Both the position numbers and the translations under genes were made by a program. A stretch of DNA of 64,000 bases from Leucoraja erinacea. Taxonomy: Eukaryota. Under the pieces are notes generated by a model that saw nothing but the letters and a program-made list of their open reading frames with translations, was not told where the DNA came from and did no database searches. The stretch covers positions 3,906,001-3,970,000 of the forward strand of contig NC_073415.1 of NCBI RefSeq assembly GCF_028641065.1, written 5' to 3'. This document shows positions 1 to 13,244 of the stretch, piece by piece (the stretch's first letter is position 1; each line of letters opens with the position of its first letter).

Positions 1-86
1 AGACCGCTCCCTCCGTAACTTCCTGGTCAATTCGTCCCTTCCCACCCAACCCACCCCCTCTCCTGGCACTTTTCCTTGCAACCGCT
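1..86 (+). mobile_element. Penelope-like element ORF fragment (region between RT and GIY-YIG)
   Basis: Translates as DRSLRNFLVNSSLPTQPTPSPGTFPCNR, typical of vertebrate Penelope elements; truncated at the window edge. Confidence 0.6.
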
Positions 87-373
87 GGAGAAGTTGCAGA
101 AAGAGAGATCAAGGCACCATTGGGATATGAGATTAGCCTTCTGGCATGCCGGGGATTATTCAACAGCGACTGAAAGAAACTTAGGAAGGTGGAAGATGAA
201 ATAATTCAACATAAAAGGGTAGGAGGAAGAGGCCCAACAAGAAGTTGAAATGTAATTCACAGATGTGGAGCTTGGCATTCTTGCGACCAGTGCAAGGTCA
301 TCCATAATGTTGTGATCCCAGCAAACGTAATGTGCAGTGACTGGAATTACTCAATGTCTATGTTCCTCAACAG

Positions 374-528
374 AAAACGGCAACCCAAAGGGACGCCTGG
401 CTGCGTCAGTGATGGATGAGGTGGACAATGAGAACAGCAACATGATCAGTCAGACCATCGCCATGGCAATAGCAGGATCGCCTGTGCCCCATCCAAACAG
501 GAACGCCCCGTTCCAGCTCCCTGTTGTG
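374..528 (+). CDS. DOCK6: DOCK6 coding exon (ENGNPKGRLAAS...MISQTIAMAIAG...PVV)
   Basis: ttcctcaacag acceptor, gtaagc donor; AMAIAG motif of DOCK6/7; upstream exons lie outside the window. Confidence 0.88.
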
Positions 529-696
529 GTAAGCAGTGCTGCCAACTCTCTCGCATTCAGCGTGAGACTCGCATATTTCACGCAATTCATGTTCAGTTGT
601 CGGTGACAGGGTCAAAGCTTATCGTATCTTGTTGTGAGTAGATGTAACTTTGGTTGTCGTAGGTTGTCGCCTGTGTGGTCGTAGGTGGACGTCCCA

Positions 697-1367
697 ATTC
701 AAAGTCAAAGTAACTTTATTGTCAATTCAATTATGCAACAGTAGTTACACATAGGATCGAAATTACGTTTCCCCATACTCCAAATGTGCAAGTAATATTA
801 AAAACACAGACAGACAACATATCAATAAAAATAGACAATAGACATACATTATTTAAAATATTAAAATATTCACAGTATGCCAAAATGTAGCAAAACCGTT
901 GAGGTATTTTACACAGGGTGCAACAATGAAAGGTGCAATATAGAAAAAGTGCAAATTCCATACTGGAGACATTGAGCCAAAGTTATTTTCACAGTTTGTT
1001 GTCTTTGTTTGGGTACTGTTCATGGAATTTACTTAAGTGTGTTGAGTAGTCTGATGGCCTGAGGGAAAAAGCTGTTTTTGAATCTGGTGGTTTTGCTCCG
1101 CTTGTTGCGGTAGCGCTTACCGGAAGGTAGGAGGGTGAACAGTTTGTGTGCTGGGTGAGTGGTGTCTTTGATAATGTTGCTTGCTCTCTTGCGACAGTGA
1201 GAAGGGTATAGGTCCTGGATTGCTGGTTGGGGTGATCTGGTGTCCTCACCACTCTCTGTAGGGCCTTCTGGTCAGCAGCAGAGCAACTGCCATAACAGAC
1301 TGAGAGACTGCTGGTAAGAATGCTCTCAATGGCACCCCTGTAAAAGGTCGTGAGGGCAGAGGGAGGA
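697..1367 (-). mobile_element. Rex1/Babar-like LINE 3' fragment
   Basis: Minus-strand LTTFYRGAIESILTSSLSVCYGSCSAADQKALQRVVR; tail with AATAAA and short TTTGA-type repeats. Confidence 0.75.
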
Positions 1368-2134
1368 AGAGGCCATTCGGCCCTTCGCGAGGAATTGTGT
1401 CGCCGGCCGACGTAGCTTGTCGCAGCGACGTCGACTAGGTCGAAGCTTGTCGTAGACATCGTCGTGGGGGGGGGGTCCAGATTTCTCACTCTCATCTCTC
1501 ACCCAATGTTGGTAGCCCCGGGTAAGATACCAAATGGCGATGGGTGAACAGTTGAAGGAACTGGTTCCCATTAATGCTCATCGGTTTATTTATTTGTGTT
1601 GAGCATTCAATACAGATAAAGACAAACTCGTAAACTGGGTGGTGAGTTAGTAAATCACATATCCAGTATTGTGTCGCAAGGATTTAATCTCTCTAGCCTC
1701 GATCATTATCATAGCTGGCTATCATTCTTCTGCTCTGGATGGTAGCTGGTTTTATTTTTCCAGTCAATTTATCCACACATTAAATATTAAGGCCACGATC
1801 GCCAGGGTTCAGTGAGGAATGAATACTGGAGACCTTGAAAAAAGCACAAATTGTGAGGAAATATGGTAGAAATAAAAGCATCAGATTTCTTAAGGACGTT
1901 TCACTTGTTGCATTCTGCCCTTACTCTTCCCTCTATATATCATTCCCCATGTGAAGGGACTGACAGGTTTCCTTGCCCCGTCGTTTTGATATTTTGTTTG
2001 AATTGTCTAGGAAAGATTTGTGGAGATACCTCTTGTGTGAGTCATTTAAAAAAAAACATGCTTTCAACCAGAGTGGGAATTTCCTCAGTGAAAAAATGGA
2101 ATGGACTTCAGAATGGAACTATGAAGTTATGAAA

Positions 2135-2304
2135 GACAGACATGAAATGCTGGAGTAATTCATTGGGACCCTTCTCAATAAGGCTCTCGACCCAAAGCAT
2201 CACTCATTCCTTTTCTCCAGAGATGCTGCCTGACCCACTGAGTTACTCCAGCATTTTGTGGCTATATTTGGTGTAAACCAGCATCTGCAGTTCCTTCCGA
2301 TACA
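2135..2304 (+). mobile_element. Penelope-derived fold-back insertion (family A)
   Basis: Inverted ctggagtaa.../...ttactccag arms; 14-bp TSD atgaagttatgaaa at 2121-2134 and 2305-2318. Confidence 0.75.
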
Positions 2305-2349
2305 ATGAAGTTATGAAACCTGAAATCAGTGGGTGTCTAGCTGGATTTT

Positions 2350-2680
2350 GGAAAATAGGTGCAGGAGGAGGCCATTCGGCCCTTCGAGCCAGCACCGCCA
2401 TTCATTGTGATCATGGCTGATCGTCCCCTATCAATAACCCGCGCCTGCCTTCTCCCCATATCCCTTGACTTCACTAGCCCCTAGAGCTCTATCTAACTCT
2501 CTTAAATCTATCCAGTGACTTGGCCACCACTGCCCTCTGTGGCAGGGAATTCCATAAATTCACAACTCTCTGGGAGAAAACTTTTTTTCTCACCTCAATC
2601 TTAAATGACCTCCCCATTATTCTAAGACTGTGGCCCCTGGTTCTGGACCCGCCCAACGTTGGGAAAATATTTCCTGCTTA
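2350..2680 (-). mobile_element. CR1-clade LINE 3' fragment
   Basis: Reverse complement of the CR1 ORF2 end and 3' UTR (gaagggccgaatggcctcctcctgcacctatt). Confidence 0.8.
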
Positions 2681-3010
2681 TAATGGGAGGAGCGTTGATT
2701 TTTCCAGATGCATGAGTTTCTTATATTGTTTTTTGCCCTTTCAGTGACAGAAAAAAACATTAACTAATCCGCTGTACTATCAAGCCACACGTGAATATTA
2801 TTACATGTAACTGTGGTTGGTACAAGCTAATTTCTACTTAAAGGAAATAACATTATCTTAACTAAAAATAATTTATCCAAAATCTGAAACTGATTTATCG
2901 GTCTTTATGAATCACACTTAATGAACCATATTGTTGTTTAACTGCAGACATTCCTCCTGAAGTCATGCAACAGCTGGATGAATTGTAATTCATACTCTGT
3001 ACCTTTGTAG

Positions 3011-3193
3011 CCTAGCCGGCAGTACTCAACATTGTCAGCTGAATCCAGTCGCATCCTTCTCATCTGTTTCCTCTGGGTCTTGAAGAATGCAGACGAGGAG
3101 ATCCTGCAGAAGTGGTTCACAGATCTCTCAGTGTTCCAACTAAACCGCCTGCTCGATCTATTGTACCTCTGCATATCCTGCTTTGAATACAAG
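3011..3193 (+). CDS. DOCK6: DOCK6 coding exon ([14 protein letters not shown]...CFEYK)
   Basis: tttgtag acceptor, gtaaat donor; 183 nt, phase 0-0; strong DOCK6/7 similarity. Confidence 0.95.
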
Positions 3194-3321
3194 GTAAATT
3201 CCGAGCTGCGGGCAATTTTTGAAAATAACTACCTTTTATTTGGCAGGTCTGATAGATAGCTACTTCATCGAGTTGTGGTGGTGTATTTTGTTTGATGCCC
3301 CCTTCCCTTGTGTCTGTTTAG

Positions 3322-3670
3322 TTTAGTTTTGAAAAAGAGCGCGGAAACAGGCCCTTCGGCCCACCGAGTCCGCACCGACCAGTGATCCCCACACAATAAA
3401 GGACCTGTCCCATTTGGCCGTCATTTTCGCGTCACGCAGGTGGCGAGCGAAATTCTGAAACGCCGGGTCACTGCCTTTGTCATCGTGCACCATGTGTGCG
3501 TAATGCGCACCACATGCGTGTGTCGTGACGCGTAAATAATTTACTCGCAAATGACGGCCAAGTGGGACAGGCCCTTAACACTATCCTACACAAACTAGTG
3601 ACAATTACACATTTATACCAAGCCAATTAACATACAAATATGGATGGCATTGGAGTATGGGAGAAAAAAG
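3322..3670 (-). mobile_element. HE1-type V-SINE, interrupted by a MITE
   Basis: tttagtttag tail, gcggaaacaggcccttcggcccaccgagtcc, cactatcctacac, caagccaattaa. Confidence 0.75.
3400..3575. mobile_element. PIF/Harbinger-like MITE
   Basis: About 27-bp TIRs (aggacctgtcccatttggccgtcattt / aaatgacggccaagtgggacaggccct) flanked by a TAA/TAA duplication. Confidence 0.8.
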
Positions 3671-4515
3671 TACATTCTCATTAAAGATATATTCTATATA
3701 TATATATATACACCATATTTAAAGTTCTCTTGAAAAATTTCTCAAAAGCGCAAAATTTAGATACGTTAATTCACTTTTTTTGGAGTTATTGGAACTGATT
3801 TATTATTGTCACATATACCGAGATACAGTAAAGAATTTAATTTTGATTGCTATCCCGTTAAATCATGCCATATACAAGCACATCAAGTAGTGCAAAGGAG
3901 AAAATAAACAGTATAGAGGATAGTGTTATAGTTACAACCTGTACATCCACATAGTGAAGTTTTAAATGCACCATTCTCTTCTGTTAGAGCTTTAAAGGTT
4001 TAAAATATCTTCACTGCATTCGTTCCTCTGATGAAAGTAGTGATCCAACAATTCTGAGGATTAGAACATCTCATGGGTTGTTGTGACTGAACCATCGCTC
4101 TTTGTTTTAAAAGATTTTAAGATTGGCATCATTACTAAACATCGCTTGCTATTGTACCTTTGCATCTCTTTATTGTATTTACCCTTGCCTGGAATCCGTA
4201 AACCATGGAGCCATAATCATCTGTGTAGCTATTGGTGAGGGGAAATTTGGTATGAAGTAAATGTTTGTTAAACTTCGACCTAAACATATTTGTTTGAACC
4301 AGATAGATGTAATTATAAAATCTTTCTGATGATCCAAAATAAGAATTGTGGACTTCATAATATCAAGCAACTGCTCTGTTGCAGAATGTACTCCGTCATT
4401 TCTTCCAATGAAACAAGCCAAGAATAAGGCAGGAGTGAAGGAAATCATTTTGTGAGTATGAAGATATTCAGGCAATGATTGATTTTTTTTTTTTTTTTTT
4501 GTTTGTTTGTTTCAG

Positions 4516-4642
4516 GGTAAGAAAGCTTTTGAACGGATTAATAGCCTAACATTTAAGAAATCCCAAGACATGAAAGCCCGGTTAGAAGAGGCCATTCTCG
4601 GCACTGTAAGTGCTCGCCAGGAGATGGTACGACGTAGTCGAG
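4516..4642 (+). CDS. DOCK6: DOCK6 coding exon ([29 protein letters not shown]...RRSR)
   Basis: Poly-T tract plus cag acceptor, gtaagc donor; KKAFERIN and DMKARL are DOCK6-type residues as recalled. Confidence 0.95.
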
Positions 4643-4934
4643 GTAAGCACGATCTTTGAATTCTCTCCAGTAAATATGCCCATCCAACATTTATCTTTTA
4701 ATCCAAACCACGTAGACAGAAGTGCAAGATCCTAAGCCTGGTTCCCGCAAACCACTGTGTCACCCTGCACCTTGTTCAAGTTGTTTTTACTATGCACGAA
4801 GCTGAACTGTGAGTGTTTTCGTTTAATGTCTACACTCTTCCAGTTCCAGAGAAGGTCACCGTGTGGACAGCCAGCATCCTGAGCAGTTTTTCACACTGCA
4901 ATGATGCTATCTCGAGTCTCTAGCGGAGATCATA

Positions 4935-5410
4935 CGGTCACAAGTGATAGGAATAGAATCAGGCCATTTGGCCCATCAAGTCTACTCCACCATTCAATCA
5001 TGGCTGATCTATCTCTCCCTCCCAACTCCATACTCCTGCCTTCTCCCCATAACCTCTGACACTTGTAATAATCAAGAATCTATCTCTGCCTTAAAAAATA
5101 TCCACTCACTTAGCCTCCACAGCCTTCTGTAGCAAAGAATTCCACTGATTCACCACCCTCTGACTAAAGAAATTTCTCCTCATCTCCTTCCTAAAAGAGC
5201 GTCCTTTAATTCAGAGGCTATGACCTCTCATGCAAGACTCTCCCACTAGTGTAAACATCCTCTCCACATCCACTCTATCCAAGCCTTTTACTATTCTGTA
5301 TGTTTTCCCCCTCATTCTTCTAAACACCAGCGAGTACAGGCCCAGGGCAGACAAACGCTCATTATAAGTTAACCTACTCATTCCTGGGATCATTCTTGTA
5401 AACCTCCTCC
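4935..5410 (-). mobile_element. CR1 LINE 3' fragment (older subfamily)
   Basis: ORF 5211-5393 IPGMSRLTYNERLSALGLYSL... Confidence 0.8.
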
Positions 5411-5951
5411 GCCAGCCAGAGGCCTTACCCCCCTCCCCCCAGCGACCCTTTTGCTCTTAATATATGTGTAAAATCTCTTGGGATTCTCCTTTACATTATT
5501 TTCAAAGTTGTCCTCTTTCTGCCCTCCTAGTTTCCCTATTGTGTGCACTCCTACTTTGCTTATACTGCCTGTTTAGGGACTTTTTCCTGACCAGTACCTC
5601 AATATCTCTCGTCAACCAGGGTTCCCTAATGCTGCCAGTTTATCCTTCACTTTAATGGGAACATGCTGTCCCTGAATTCCCCTTTTCTCACTTAAAAGCT
5701 TCCCACTTGCTTGCCATCCCTCAACCTGCAAACAACCTGTGCAAGTTCATCCAAGCCCTTTGCACTATGGCAGTGCATCAACATGAAGGAGAACACTGTG
5801 TGGCCTGATCTTTTCTGAAGCTATTTAATAAAACACACGACCATAATTATCATGGACCTTTGAGCGTCGAATCTGTTCACTTACTGATCAATAGATGGAG
5901 AGGAGTCGATGAGCAATTGAACCTGATCTATTGTTTTCCAAACTCTTGTAG

Positions 5952-6036
5952 AGAGGAGTCCTTTTGGAAACCAAGAAAATGTTCGCTGGAGGAAGAACAT
6001 TACCCACTGGAGGCAGAATGCTGATAAGGTTGACAA
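5952..6036 (+). CDS. DOCK6: DOCK6 coding exon ([29 protein letters not shown])
   Basis: ttgtag acceptor, gtaagt donor; ERSPFGNxENVRWRK is DOCK6-type. Confidence 0.95.
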
Positions 6037-6222
6037 GTAAGTGGCAGTCTCTTGAAATTTGGGGCTATCTGCTTCTCATCCCATATAGTATAATCCCTCT
6101 GCTGGCTTTTACATTCCAGTTTTAACACGATGGACTGACCAAATCTATCTCCTCATTCACTTATCTCCCTCAATCCCTCTCCCCTCTCCACCGCCCCCCT
6201 CAATCTCTCTTTCTCACTTTAG

Positions 6223-6319
6223 GACAAAGTCTGAAATTGAACATGATGCCTTGGTGGACGGGAACTTGGTAACTGAGTCTAACCTGGTGATTTTGGACAT
6301 ACTTGAAATCATTGTGCAG
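6223..6319 (+). CDS. DOCK6: DOCK6 coding exon ([15 protein letters not shown]...IIVQ)
   Basis: Polypyrimidine tract plus tag, gtaagc donor; phase matches the previous exon. Confidence 0.95.
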
Positions 6320-6446
6320 GTAAGCTGTGGGGTGAGTGAGTACTGCAATTGGTAATAGTATGAACACAATTCCCTTCTGTCATTCGTCTGATTCTGAGAT
6401 GCTTCAGTTACATGAGACTAACATCGAGCAGAGAATAATCTCAGTT

Positions 6447-6640
6447 TTTACAATTATACCAAGCCAATTAGCCTGCAAACCTGTACGTTTTTGTAGTGTG
6501 GGAGGAAACTGGAGATCCCAGAGAAAACCCACGCAGGTCACGGGGAGAATGTACTAACCCCATACAGACAGCGCCCGTAGTCACCATTGAACCCGGGTCT
6601 CTGGCGCTGTAAGGCAGCAACTCTAACGCTGTGCCATCAT
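6447..6640 (-). mobile_element. HE1-type V-SINE, 5' part
   Basis: Reverse complement of the tRNA-like head and V-domain (ggtttcctcccacac type). Confidence 0.8.
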
Positions 6641-6813
6641 ACCACCCTAAATCCAAGTGTAATAAACTGGGTTGATGACAAAGAGTTTGTGCTAGGTAAA
6701 TAATCCGTGACTGAATGACATAGAAATAATTGTCTAAAAGAAATGAAACATTGCAGTTTGGCTGGAACGAGGTAATTCAAGTTTAGACTGTCTAACATTG
6801 TACTATTTTGCAG

Positions 6814-6948
6814 ACAGTCATGGTGTCGGAATCTAAAGAAAGTGTGCTGACGGGAGTGTTGAAGGTCATTTTGCACAGCATGGCTTGTAACCAGAGTGCC
6901 CTCTTCCTGCAACACTGCTTTGCCACCCAACGGGCACTTGTCTTCAAG
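6814..6948 (+). CDS. DOCK6: DOCK6 coding exon ([12 protein letters not shown]...ALVFK)
   Basis: ttttgcag / gtacgt; 135 nt in frame. Confidence 0.95.
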
Positions 6949-7368
6949 GTACGTAGCGAGGCTCACGTTTGGTTAACTTTATGTACAACTGCTTTAACAT
7001 TAAATTGGACGAACAACACCTCATATTTCACTTGGACAGTTTTCAACCCAGCGGTATGATTTCTCTATATTTTAAGTAACTCCTGGCTTTCCTCTCTATC
7101 CCCCTCCGCCACCCCAGTTGTCCAACTAGTTGTACTGTTCCTATCCTTGTATTCCCTTGTTATCACATCTTCCCCAGCCAACAATGGGCCATTGTGGGCT
7201 TCAACCTTCCTTGGTCGTCTGTTGCCGGCCCTGCTATATTCCGGCCTTTTCTACCTCCACCTCCTCCCTCCTCAGAATTTATTATGTAAATTCTGTATTA
7301 TGGCTTATAATCCTAAACTGTTAACTTATTTGTTTAAAACAATTTACTCTTTTTTGAAGAGTAAACAA

Positions 7369-7658
7369 GGCGACAGATAGCACAGGAAGGCGACAGATAG
7401 CACAATGGGCTAAGAGTTCAGCTGGCGACCGGAAGGTAGCCGGTTCAAATCCCGCTTGGAGTGCATACTGTCGTTGTGTCCTTGGGCAAGACACTTCACC
7501 CACCTTTGCCTGTAATGGAATGTAATTACGGCGGCAGGCGCGGGCACACTGCGACGCCCTGTGTCTCCCTTTCAAGGGAGATGCTAAAAATGCATTTCGT
7601 TGTCTCTGTACTGTACACTGACAATGACAATAAATTGAATCATTTCATTTTTTTCATT
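7369..7658 (+). mobile_element. tRNA-derived CORE-like SINE with Rex1/L2-type tail
   Basis: B-box-like ggttcaaatcc, CORE-like gtgtccttgggcaagacacttcacccac, tail aatgacaataaa plus (catt)n. Confidence 0.6.
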
Positions 7659-7727
7659 AAATAAGTAAGATATTTTCACTGATAGCTGCGGAAATTCATT
7701 CCTATTCCGGCATTAAAGCACTGTGTT

Positions 7728-7980
7728 AGAAACATAGAAATTAGGTGCAGAAGTAGGCCATTCGGCCCTTCGAGCCTGCACCGCCATTCAATATGATCAC
7801 GGCTGATCATCCAACTCAGTATCCCGTACCTGCCTTCTCTCCATACCCCCTGATCCCCTTAGCCACAAGGGCCACATCTAACTCCCTCTTAAATATAGCC
7901 AATGAACTGGCCTCAACTACCCTCTGTGGCAGAGAGTTCCATAGATTCACCACTCTCTGTGTGAAAAATGTTCTTCTCGA
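7728..7980 (-). mobile_element. Young CR1 LINE 3' end
   Basis: Reverse complement of ...GIRGYGEKAGTGY* and the (ttctatgt)n tail. Confidence 0.88.
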
Positions 7981-8099
7981 AACGTGTTGTTGCATTAGGT
8001 TAGAAGGTTTTAGCTATATGGAGAGTCGAGCGCCGAAACTTCTCTCCATAGATGCTGCCTCATCCGCTGAGTTTCTCCAGCATTTTGTGTTTACCTTAA

Positions 8100-8424
8100 A
8101 GCCCTGTCCCACGATACGAGTTCATTCCAAGAGCTTTCCCGAGTTTGCCCCGATTCAATCTCGGAGATTTACGGTAATGGCCACTCGTCGGTACTCGGGG
8201 CTCTCGTGGACATTTTTCAACGTTGAAAAATCTTCACGAGTCTTCCCGTGCTTACCTGCCGTTAGCGAGTCTTCCCGAGCACCTGCCGTTAGCGGTACGA
8301 GCCGCTAACAGACGTCCCCGAGCTCCAACGGGTAAGTGCGTTCATTCTCCGTGCTTACCACAAATTTGATTTTTTTTAAACTCGGGAGAGCTCCTGGAAT
8401 GAACTCGTACCGTGGGACAGGGCT
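8100..8424. mobile_element. PIF/Harbinger-like MITE
   Basis: Long TIRs agccctgtcccacgatacgagttcattcca / tggaatgaactcgtaccgtgggacagggct. Confidence 0.75.
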
Positions 8425-8588
8425 ATTAGAAAGAGATTTGTTTAAGCTGGCATCATGTTTGGCATGGACATTGTATGTCAAAGGGCCTCTGTTATATTGT
8501 TCTATGTTCTAAGTCAGTACTGTGTCAGAAAATGGTGAGGTGATCCCTAATCTGCTGTTTGATTTGTCTTTTGAATGCCTTTGCACAG

Positions 8589-8741
8589 TTTCCCGAAATG
8601 CTGTTTGAGGAGGACACTGAGCTCTGTGCTGACCTGTGTTTGCGGCTACTTCGACACTGCAGTAGCTGTGTGGGCACCATCCGGTCTCATGCCAGCGCTT
8701 CCCTCTACCTCCTGATGAGGCAGAACTTTGAGATTGGCAAT
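8589..8741 (+). CDS. DOCK6: DOCK6 coding exon ([21 protein letters not shown]...EIGN)
   Basis: gcacag / gtaagt; 153 nt; EEDTELC is DOCK6-type. Confidence 0.96.
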
Positions 8742-9454
8742 GTAAGTACATCAATTCCTTTTGGTGTTGAATAAGGGAAGGCAGCAACTCGTTATAATCC
8801 AAAAGTGATCCAAATAAATCACAATCACAATAATACTTTATTAGCCAAGTATGTTTTGCAACGTACGAGGAATTTCATTTGCCAAGTCAGTCGTACAATA
8901 AAAAGCAACAGAACACACAAAACACATTTTAACATAAACATCCACCACAGTGACTCCTCCACTTTCCTCACTGTGATGGAAGGCGAAAAGAAGTTCAATC
9001 TCTTCCCTTTGCTCTCCCGCGGTCGGGGGCCTCGAGCCCTCCGTTGACGGGACGATCTTGACCCCCCGTAGCCGGCAGTGTTAATATGTTGTATGTTAAA
9101 CCATTAATATGTGATACTGAAAGCACATTGTCTACATTTAAAATGACATGCACACCCCTAGAAATAGCACCATTAGCAAGGAGAAATACAATTTTTACAT
9201 ACATGGTGTCGAGATCCCTCAAAGTCTTCCATTTGTCAATTAAACCCCACTCACTCTTCTGAATGAATTGCCTTTTTAACATTTTCTCTTGAGGCAACCC
9301 ACCCATTCCAGATATAAGTCTAGCTAACAATTGCTGAATTGCTGACAACATATTAACATCCTTCCTCAAATAAAGAGACCACTCCCATGCACAGTAATAC
9401 AAATGTGATCCCACCCAAGCTGTATAGAACTGAAGCATAACCTCCGTACTTCTA

Positions 9455-9805
9455 TGTGTGGGAAAGAACTGCAGATGCTGGTTTAAATCGAAGGGTAGAC
9501 ACAAAATGCTGGAGTAACTCAGCGGGACAGGCAGCATCTCTGGAGAGAAGGATTGGGTGAAGGTTCGGGTCGAGACCCTTCTACATTTCTTGCCTATACA
9601 TTTGCAAAGACATTTGCCCATCTAAACATGTTTTAAAGACCACTCTCCTATCTGCCTCCACCACCCAGTGCATTCCAGGCACCAACCACTCTCTGTGTAA
9701 AAATACTCCAGGCTGAGGAAGGGTCTCGACCCAAAACGTCACCCATTCCTTCTCGCCAGAGATGCTGCTTGTCCCGCTGAGTTACTCCAGCTTTTTGTGT
9801 CTACC
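9455..9805. mobile_element. Two opposite-facing family A Penelope-derived copies
   Basis: Left copy 9455-9583 and right copy 9711-9805 (ctgaggaagggtctcgacccaaaacgtc). Confidence 0.65.
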
Positions 9806-10731
9806 TCCCTACTCCTATAAATACAATTCCCTGGTCATTTTAGACTCTCACACTTTTAGAGATACAGCGTGGAAACAGGCACTCCAGTCCACCGAGACCA
9901 TGCCGACCAGCGATCACCGCATGAATATATTTAATAATCTGTCCCAATCTATTGATCTGTCACTCGTTTTGTGAGATTGGTTGATTTCAATGATGCTCAA
10001 GACACATTTGCCTGCACTCCATTGTAAGCAGAAGAGCTTGAATGTGTGTGTCCATAACCTTACACATTTTATAACTAAAGTTGCGTGATTGGAGTTCTGA
10101 AGAAAGGTTATCGACCTGAAACATTAATTCAGTTTCTCTCACCACAGATGCTGCCTTATCTGAAAACTATTTTCTGCTTTTATATCAGATTTCTAATGTG
10201 TAGATATTTTTTGCTTTTCAACGCAAATTATTTTTGGATAGTTGGGTAGGAGCCAAGCCCCGACATGTCCTTTATCCAACCTTGTCCCCCTTGTGTCATG
10301 TGGCCATCAGCAGAAATTGAGTAGGTGATCCGAAGGTGCAATGTATTTTAAAAACATGTTTTTTCTGATCCCTGGTAAATTTATGAACTTATCTGGACTC
10401 GTTAAACAAATTAATCCATTACTTTGAGTCAGGAGGAAGTTCGAGTGTGAACCTGTAGTCCCATTAGTCTGTAGAGGACCCAGTGATATCTTAGAGTTAG
10501 CTCAGCTCACCGGTCACCTCGCTGTCTCCACTGATGATTCATCACTGCCCTGTTTTGTCATACAGAGGCTGCCGATGAGGTCTTAAGCAATATTTATTCT
10601 ACAGCAGAGACCATTGTTCTGGTAAGAGCAGAAAAATATCGGCCAAATTGTAGCGCTAATAGAAGAAACTAACCCGATCATCCACTCGTACGTGCACCCA
10701 CTGTAGCATAATACTGGGAGTTTGCCTCTAA

Positions 10732-10983
<252 letters not shown>

Positions 10984-11696
10984 TAATATGGACCGAAATA
11001 TTTACTTCAAAGTTGCCAGTAATGGCCTGAGAATTAGCAATGACCATTGGACAACTCTCTGGCCATTCTGGCAAATGACTAAGCATCAGTTCAAACATTA
11101 CTTATCAAACTAATTTTGACATTTATAAAATTATGATAAAAACTGAATTTGATTAAGTGAGCATGTTAACCCATTTTGATTTCATCCATTAAAAAAGAGA
11201 GATTCCTCAACTTCCTTCCATCTGCATCTTTCATCATTCATTCCTTCATCCACCATTTAGCCCCAAATAGTCATCATTCTTTCTATTTTTTTTAAAATAT
11301 TTTATTTTATTAGAAGTAAGTACAATCATATGGCACCAAAGTGCCTAATATATATTTTCATAATACATTTTATGTACAGCTTCTTTCTATGAAGAACATC
11401 CTGACTATTTTTAATTTGTGGATATTTTGCTTGAATTCATATGTTGAGATTCTACCTTGTAATAGTGCTCTGGCTTCACCTCTTCTAAAGCGTTCATTCA
11501 AAACTATGATTGTGCTCGTCTGTGGTTTTATTATGCTGCTTATGGTGGATAATATTCTTTTTACAAACATCATTTTTCTTATCTGAAGTGATTTCCCCAT
11601 TGGGACTTAACTGAGTGAAGTGTTTTGTCCCAGAAGCGAAGTGAGAAAAACATGTATTCAGCAGTCAAGGGACATGGCTTTGAAGTCTACTCTGAG

Positions 11697-12622
11697 GTTT
11701 AGTTTAGAAATGCAGCGCAGAAAAACACCCTTTGGCCCACTGAGTCCGCAGCGACCAGCGATCCCCACACCAACACTATCCTACATACACCTGGGGCAAC
11801 TTAGTTATACCAAGCCAATTAACCTACAAACCTGTGCGTCTTTGGAATGAGGGAGGAAAGAGAAGATCTCGGAGAAATGCGGAGAACATACAAACTCCAG
11901 ACGGGCAGCTCCGGTAGTCTGGATCGAACCCGAGTCTCTGGCGTACATTCATAGCAAAAGGATTTGAGTATAGGAGCAGGGAGGTTCTACTGCAGTTGTA
12001 CAGGGTCTTGGTGAGACCACACCTGGAGTATTGCGTACAGTTTTGGTCTCCAAATCTGAGGAAGGACATTATTGCCATAGAGGGAGTGCAGAGAAGGTTC
12101 ACCAGACTGATTCCTGGGATGTCAGGACTGTCTTATGAAGAAAGACTGGATAGACTTGGTTTATACTCTCTAGAATTTAGGAGATTGAGAGGGGATCTTA
12201 TAGAAACTTACAAAATTCTTAAGGGGTTGGACAGGCTAGATGCAGGAAGATTGCTCCCGATGTTGGGGAAGTCCAGGACAAGGGGTCACAGCTTAAGGAT
12301 AAGGGGGAAATCCTTTAAAACCGAGATGAGAAGAACTTTTTTCACACAGAGTGGTGAATCTCTGGAACTCTCTGCCACAGAGGGTAGTCAAGGCCAGTTT
12401 ATTGGCTATATTTAAGAGGGAGTTAGATGTGGCCCTTGTGGCTAAGGGGATCAGAGGGTATGGAGAGAAGGCTGGGACGGGATACTGAGTTGGGTGATCA
12501 GCCATGATCATATTGAATGGCGGTGCAGGCTCGAAGGGCTGAATGGCCTACTCCTGCACCTAATTTCTATGTTTCTAAGGGCTGTAAGGCAGCAACTCTC
12601 CTGCTGCACCACCATGCCACCC
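11697..12622 (-). mobile_element. HE1-type SINE split by a CR1 insertion
   Basis: Tail part 11697-11945 and head part 12578-12622 join across the CR1. Confidence 0.75.
11946..12577 (+). mobile_element. Young CR1 LINE 3' fragment
   Basis: [23 protein letters not shown]... plus 3' UTR and tail. Confidence 0.9.
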
Positions 12623-12790
12623 TAAATAGGTGATTGCAAAATACCAATTCCCAACTAAATAGTACTCTCTCGACTGCAAATTTAGGGCATTCTTTTATTT
12701 TGATGGAAGAAAGTCTAAAATGTTTTTCCCCTTGGCTTTTTTGTGTGTCCATGTTGTTGTGATTTGATGAGCTATTCCTTTCCTGTCCAG

Positions 12791-12891
12791 GTTCAAGACC
12801 TGGTGTTCAATCTGCACATGATCCTCACAGACACAGTGAAGATGAAGGAACACCAGGAGGATCCTGAGATGTTGATGGATCTAATGTACAG
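12791..12891 (+). CDS. DOCK6: DOCK6 coding exon ([34 protein letters not shown])
   Basis: tcctgtccag / gtcagc; start of the DHR2 region. Confidence 0.96.
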
Positions 12892-12990
12892 GTCAGCACG
12901 TCTTTATGTCCCATTGCGTACCTCGTGACCCGGACATTTGCTGTTCTCCAAGCCCAAATACGTGCTCTTTAAGCTAACGCTGTGCCTTAA

Positions 12991-13209
<219 letters not shown>

Positions 13210-13244
13210 TAGCTAGTGGCACAGTGACAGTGAGCAGCGTTCCA

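Noticed and set aside
4510-4522. cag|Ggtaag as a recursive splice site
   Set aside because: GT is offset by 1 nt and is explained by conserved Gly-Lys codons
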